A stretch of DNA of 64,000 bases from the human T2T-CHM13v2.0 reference genome, Homo sapiens, in assembly GCF_009914755.1 (NCBI RefSeq), contig NC_060926.1; one strand, given 5' to 3'. This document shows positions 59,146 to 64,000 of this stretch, piece by piece; positions within the stretch are counted from its first letter, which is position 1, and each line of letters opens with the position of its first letter. Below the pieces are notes generated by a model. That model had not been told where the DNA came from. It searched no databases and saw nothing but the letters and a program-made list of their open reading frames with translations. A program made the translations under genes and the position numbers.

Positions 59146-59340
59146 AATCACAAGACTGGAAAGCCCCTTCATAAGGATAGTGACTGAATAGAACTAGGCA
59201 TAGGATAGAGGTTGGTGTAAAATAAGGAAAAACACAAAATAAACTTAAACTTTGGACTGAGAGAACCTAAATCAGATTTACACCAATCGGATTCCTTGAT
59301 CCTTCTGAGTAAATCTAATTGAGAGTCGGAAGACCACATA

Positions 59341-59495
59341 CCAGTGATAACATGATATAGTCAGATATCGTGATATAATATGATATCAGGGAGACATTCA
59401 TGATAGTACGAATATATGATATAATATATGATGCCAGTGATAATATGATATGAGTTAGATATCATGATATAATATGAGCCAGGGAGACATTCGTG
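59341..59495. repeat. Imperfect ~62-bp direct duplication with a 31-bp TGATA-rich spacer
   Basis: CCAGTGATAA...CAGGGAGACATTC(A/G)TG at 59341-59402 and 59434-59495. Confidence 0.9.
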
Positions 59496-62400
59496 GGCAG
59501 TAAACCACTTGACCTCTTATTAATTCAAAGTCATTAGAAAATTGTCTTTAATTCTCAATGTCTTCACCTGAAATGGAGATATTTATCTATACAGTGAGAC
59601 TTGAGGAGAATTTAGCTTATATGCAAAATACATGGTAGTTATTTGTCAGAATGTTGGATAGTTGACTATCATTCTGCTTGAGAATACGGAATTGTGTAAA
59701 TGGAAATTAACGGTGCCTACGTAGGATTCTCAGCTGGTGAGATCTTCCCACTGAAATCCTCAAAATCTGAAAGACACTCAAAATACTATTCTCTACTGCC
59801 TTAGTATAGTACAACTACTAAGTAATTATTTGGGAAAAATATTAGTTTCTCCCTTTATCTTTAATAGGCCTCTGGTTTTATAATACATTAAGTTCCTAGT
59901 ATATTAGTGTGCAAGAGACTATAGTATATTTTTTCTTTTTTTGTTTGGGACTGAGAGAAAAAAGGGGGAGTGTGTGAAGAGCGACTATTTTATTGATCCA
60001 AAAATACTTATATTATTCACATTTTGACATGATTGAAAATGAATTGTGCTTTACAATTTATGGTTTCTTGCAATTGCTGACAGATAGGAGGCAGTCTAGA
60101 TTGGTTGATATTCTTAGTGTCAAGAGTGTAACCCATCCATGCTTCAGTCAACAAACCATTTAGGGTCTACTTGAGAATGAAATATCAGTGCTAATTTTCA
60201 TCTGTAACCTCTGCTGACAACATCAAAACTCACAGAGTAAGATGTTAACACATCTTGGAAGACATGATGCAAAGAGCAAGTTTTTCTAAAATTCATCTGG
60301 AAAATCAACTCACTCTGGTGATTTGGAAAATTAGTAAACTGAGACCTGAACCTCCTTCTTATCCCAGCAGGATGAACTCCATCTGTGGTAAGCTTTCCAT
60401 GGATTTGGTGGCTTCTTCCCATCAGGGTAACATCCCAAGGGTACTAAAACCTCCAGGTGTTAGGCAACTGGCATTTCCAGACAAAATTTGAGCTGACACT
60501 CAAATCTAGACTACCTAGTCCTAAAGCCATCTATTTGTGCTCCCACTAAGAATGCCATTTGTCACTATTGCCCTTTGAGAAGTGGGAATAACAGGATGAA
60601 GAAGGTTCCCTCCACTAGATCACAGACCCACTCTGCATGTATAGCAGAGCAAAATGTCCCTGGTACTTCTCTCAGTGGGACAAGAGGAAGATTAGGAAGC
60701 CTGATTCTTCTCATCTTTAGGAGTCTTTTGCTTGCAAATTTCCCATGGAAGCCTTTTTCTTCTGACCTTATATGTGATAGTGAAAATTTCTCAGAGTCTT
60801 AGCTGACTGCAAATTAACCAATTTTATAGAAAATAATAACTTAGAGAAAATAGTGGAGCGTTGACCAAGGCTGCATCACTAATGGTATTGATGGAACAGA
60901 GGATGATCTCATAAGCAAGATAAGTATGACGGAGATTCCCTGCCACAAGATTTGGGTTTTGAATGTGAAGAGGCTTTAGTTATACCTTAGTAAATTATTT
61001 TGCTAAGAATTTATTTTGTGTATGATTACACTTTTGTTTAAATAACTGTAAACAAGTTCATTCAATGAATACAAAATAGAAATGCTAAGAGATTTTTAAA
61101 CAACGTTGAGTTATGGTTTAACCTGAAGCCTTATTATTTCTTAGTGACTCAGAAAATTTGAAACATGATTATACTTGGTAGCATCATAAATTTCATGAAA
61201 TACACAAAAACCCTATGATAAGGAGAGTAGCAACCTCAACAATATGACCACTTTCGTTTGTAAATAATTCAATTTTATTAAAATAATTTCAGGGTCATGG
61301 TGCCCATTTGCACTCAAAGCACATGTTGTAGCCACCGGCAGAGCAGAGACACCAAAAATTGGAACAAATAAATGATGAAGATTTTGATGTTAAGATACAT
61401 GAAGTAATTATTATTGAAAAAATCAGAATTGCTAGATATCCTAACAGTAATGTTGAAACTAACTACTGATTTAGTTATATGTAAGTATGGAGTTAGAGCA
61501 GATGAGGCATGGTAATAATTTGACTGTATATGCATACCACTAAAGCTCTTTAATCTGTGGTTTCTACTATTTCTAGAAAGCATTTGGTTTATGATTACCC
61601 AAACTAATAAGGTAATTGAAAGGAAAGTAGAAAAATAAATGCTGACCTGCTAAAATTACAGAAATATATATTAGATGTATCTCCATGGCAACCTTTTCCC
61701 CCAAACCCCCATGCCCTTAACTCATGCCATGAGATTGTATCTTACAACTCAAATATCTTGCTTGCTCAGAGTGGTCTATGTTAGTGTACATTCCCAGATA
61801 TTGAGAAGAGAAAATTAGAGGCATTGCAAAAGTGATAATTCCTAGCAATGGCTATATCCTCAAACCCAACAAAATTAAATAACAAAGTTATTTTTCTTTT
61901 CTTTTTACCTATTATTCTACTTCCCACCCAAATCCCATAGCCTTCTTCTGGCTTTCTTATTTAGGCTGTAATTGCTTTTGCATAATTCTTAAATTTATTT
62001 TTCTTATGGAAGTTATTTTGGCTTATTGACCTTTTTTATGTTGATTATTTCTTACCTTTGGGCAATTCGAAGTTTTCCCTGCCTAATCTATCAACTTCTA
62101 ATCTTCATAATGGTTATTTCTCTGGAGTATAGTTATGATTACACTAGCTAGTGTTTCTCATGAAATATATGACATATTTTCATAGGCTGAAAAAACAGAA
62201 AAGATAATTGATTTTATGTAACTCAAATTTCTATGAGTGTTTTTGTTTGAGTGTCAAGAATTCAAATCACAACCCTATCATTAACTACTATCTGTTTGAT
62301 TTTGGGAAATTTAGAAATTATTTACCAGCTTCTCATGTGTTCACACATTGTATTGTTTTTGATGATCGTATGTCTTTATATTAGTGAGTACTTTTGGAAT

Positions 62401-62826
62401 GAATGCACACGGAAACAGGAGCAAGTTTTTGGCATTTTGGCAGTTGCTGCCACTGAAACAGGGCTTGAATCTCAGAACTCCAAGATGTGCATTATCTACC
62501 CTAACGCGGAACTGTTCTCAGGAAAAACCTGATCTCAAGATGCATTAATCAGAAGGCTAATAGGAGGACTGGTTGGGATTCTTAGCTTTGGGGTACCCCA
62601 TTATCCCTTACACTCAATAGCACTATCAAAATATGGTACAGAAACTTTCAGAAAATAAGGTCGTTTCTGGATTAGCTCTCTCCATCCCTGGATGAAAGAA
62701 ATCTGAAGGCAATAGACGAGTGTTTTCCTATATTCTCAGGATAGGGCTGTGGAGTCTAAATGACTATAGAACCTCCAGTGTTTCATCATTATTATCTGAT
62801 GCCAGATTAAATAGATGTGGTGTGGG

Positions 62827-62854
<28 letters not shown>
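62827..62854. repeat. (GT)14 microsatellite
   Basis: Read directly. Confidence 0.97.
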
Positions 62855-62857
<3 letters not shown>

Positions 62858-64000
62858 TCGTGTTTAATCCAGCAATGATTATAGAGCTTCTCAGGCCAAG
62901 TCTCTGTTATTTTCAAAACACAATTGCAAGTTGAAAGGGCTAAGTTTTCAACCTACTTCAGTATAGATGAAGAGGTATCTGCTCCAAATTAACAACACTG
63001 CAAAGAGTGTCAAGATGTTTTCACCCTGGTGGATAGAACCTAAAGACTTTCTGCACTGTAGATTTAAACTTGTCCAGTGGCAGAACATTCTTTATGATAC
63101 CACTAAATTTTAAGTACAATGGCTCTAGCAATGACATGGTTTACACGAGCAATTCCCCTTTTACAATACCTGTAAAAACTGTGCTAAAATGTGAATAATC
63201 TGGACTAATGAGAACTAATTCCTTAAATAAATAAAATCATGATTTTCCAAAAGGGCTCTTTATAAAACATGCTTACAATTACACACTGAAATATTGAACC
63301 ATGTGAATATTAATACTAGGAAACACAATAATCCTACAATGTGCAACTTGTTCAGATATTTATGCTTCATAAGAGTCAGTAATGACAGGTAAAACATGTA
63401 AGTAGCTTTTGATATCCCTGGTTATAGTATAAAGAGTGTTGTTTTCTATTCATTTGTGGTGTCAGTAGTGTTAATAAAATCATTTATGCAAATAATTTTA
63501 CAAATACAGGTTTGTATAGAATAACACATATAAACTTATAGAACAGATTCTCTAAGTGCTTAAGGGACACTGAAATTTGAGATTTATTTATAATCTCTAC
63601 AAAGCCAACTAACAGACTGTAATTATGATTTTATGTCCTAAATTTTTAAAAAATCCTAAAAATGCTAGTGATATATAGAGTACAGTTTGAAGATCAATTT
63701 TTACTGTTCAAAGAAATTTTACTTGGCTTACCACATTTCTTCTTAGAAAATATCCCCTTGCAGCAGGTAGAGTTGGTGTTATTTACAGTTTACATTACAT
63801 AGTTGATGGCCAGAGAGCTACTGTGTACAAGAGGTAGGGCTTGCCCCTTGACCTGACTCCCAGGCATCTGTGCTTTCCATTGGAATCATCTTTGTCTGAC
63901 AACTCTGCTGGAAACCTTGCTGGCCAGAGGAAGATTTTTGAATGACTTTGGAGATGATACAACAGGTGATGTTCACAGAATAATCCTCTGTAATCATCTG

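Overview
AT-rich human (hominid) genomic DNA; the best species clue is a near-consensus AluYa5 at 53654-53953. It looks intergenic or deep-intronic. I found no supportable protein-coding gene, RNA gene or CpG island, and the listed ORFs are repeat-derived or compositionally random. The window is a layered transposon record: 13 dimeric Alus plus one monomer, a young 5'-truncated L1PA, older L1M/L2/MIR remnants, and many solo LTRs (MER4 group, THE1, MST, MLT1, MER50, MER21), several nested with readable target-site duplications (TSDs). I see no evidence for a new multi-gene biological system. The most notable unexplained structures are: (i) a 313-bp non-L1 segment with AATAAA, inserted into an L1 and flanked by a 17-bp duplication (55532-55844); (ii) a TA-rich array whose unit is the reverse-complement fusion of its own two flanks (6727-6915); (iii) a cluster of near-perfect small duplications at 49.9-52.0 kb. 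Family and subfamily names are from my recall of consensus sequences, not from a database search. Strand is given relative to the element consensus.
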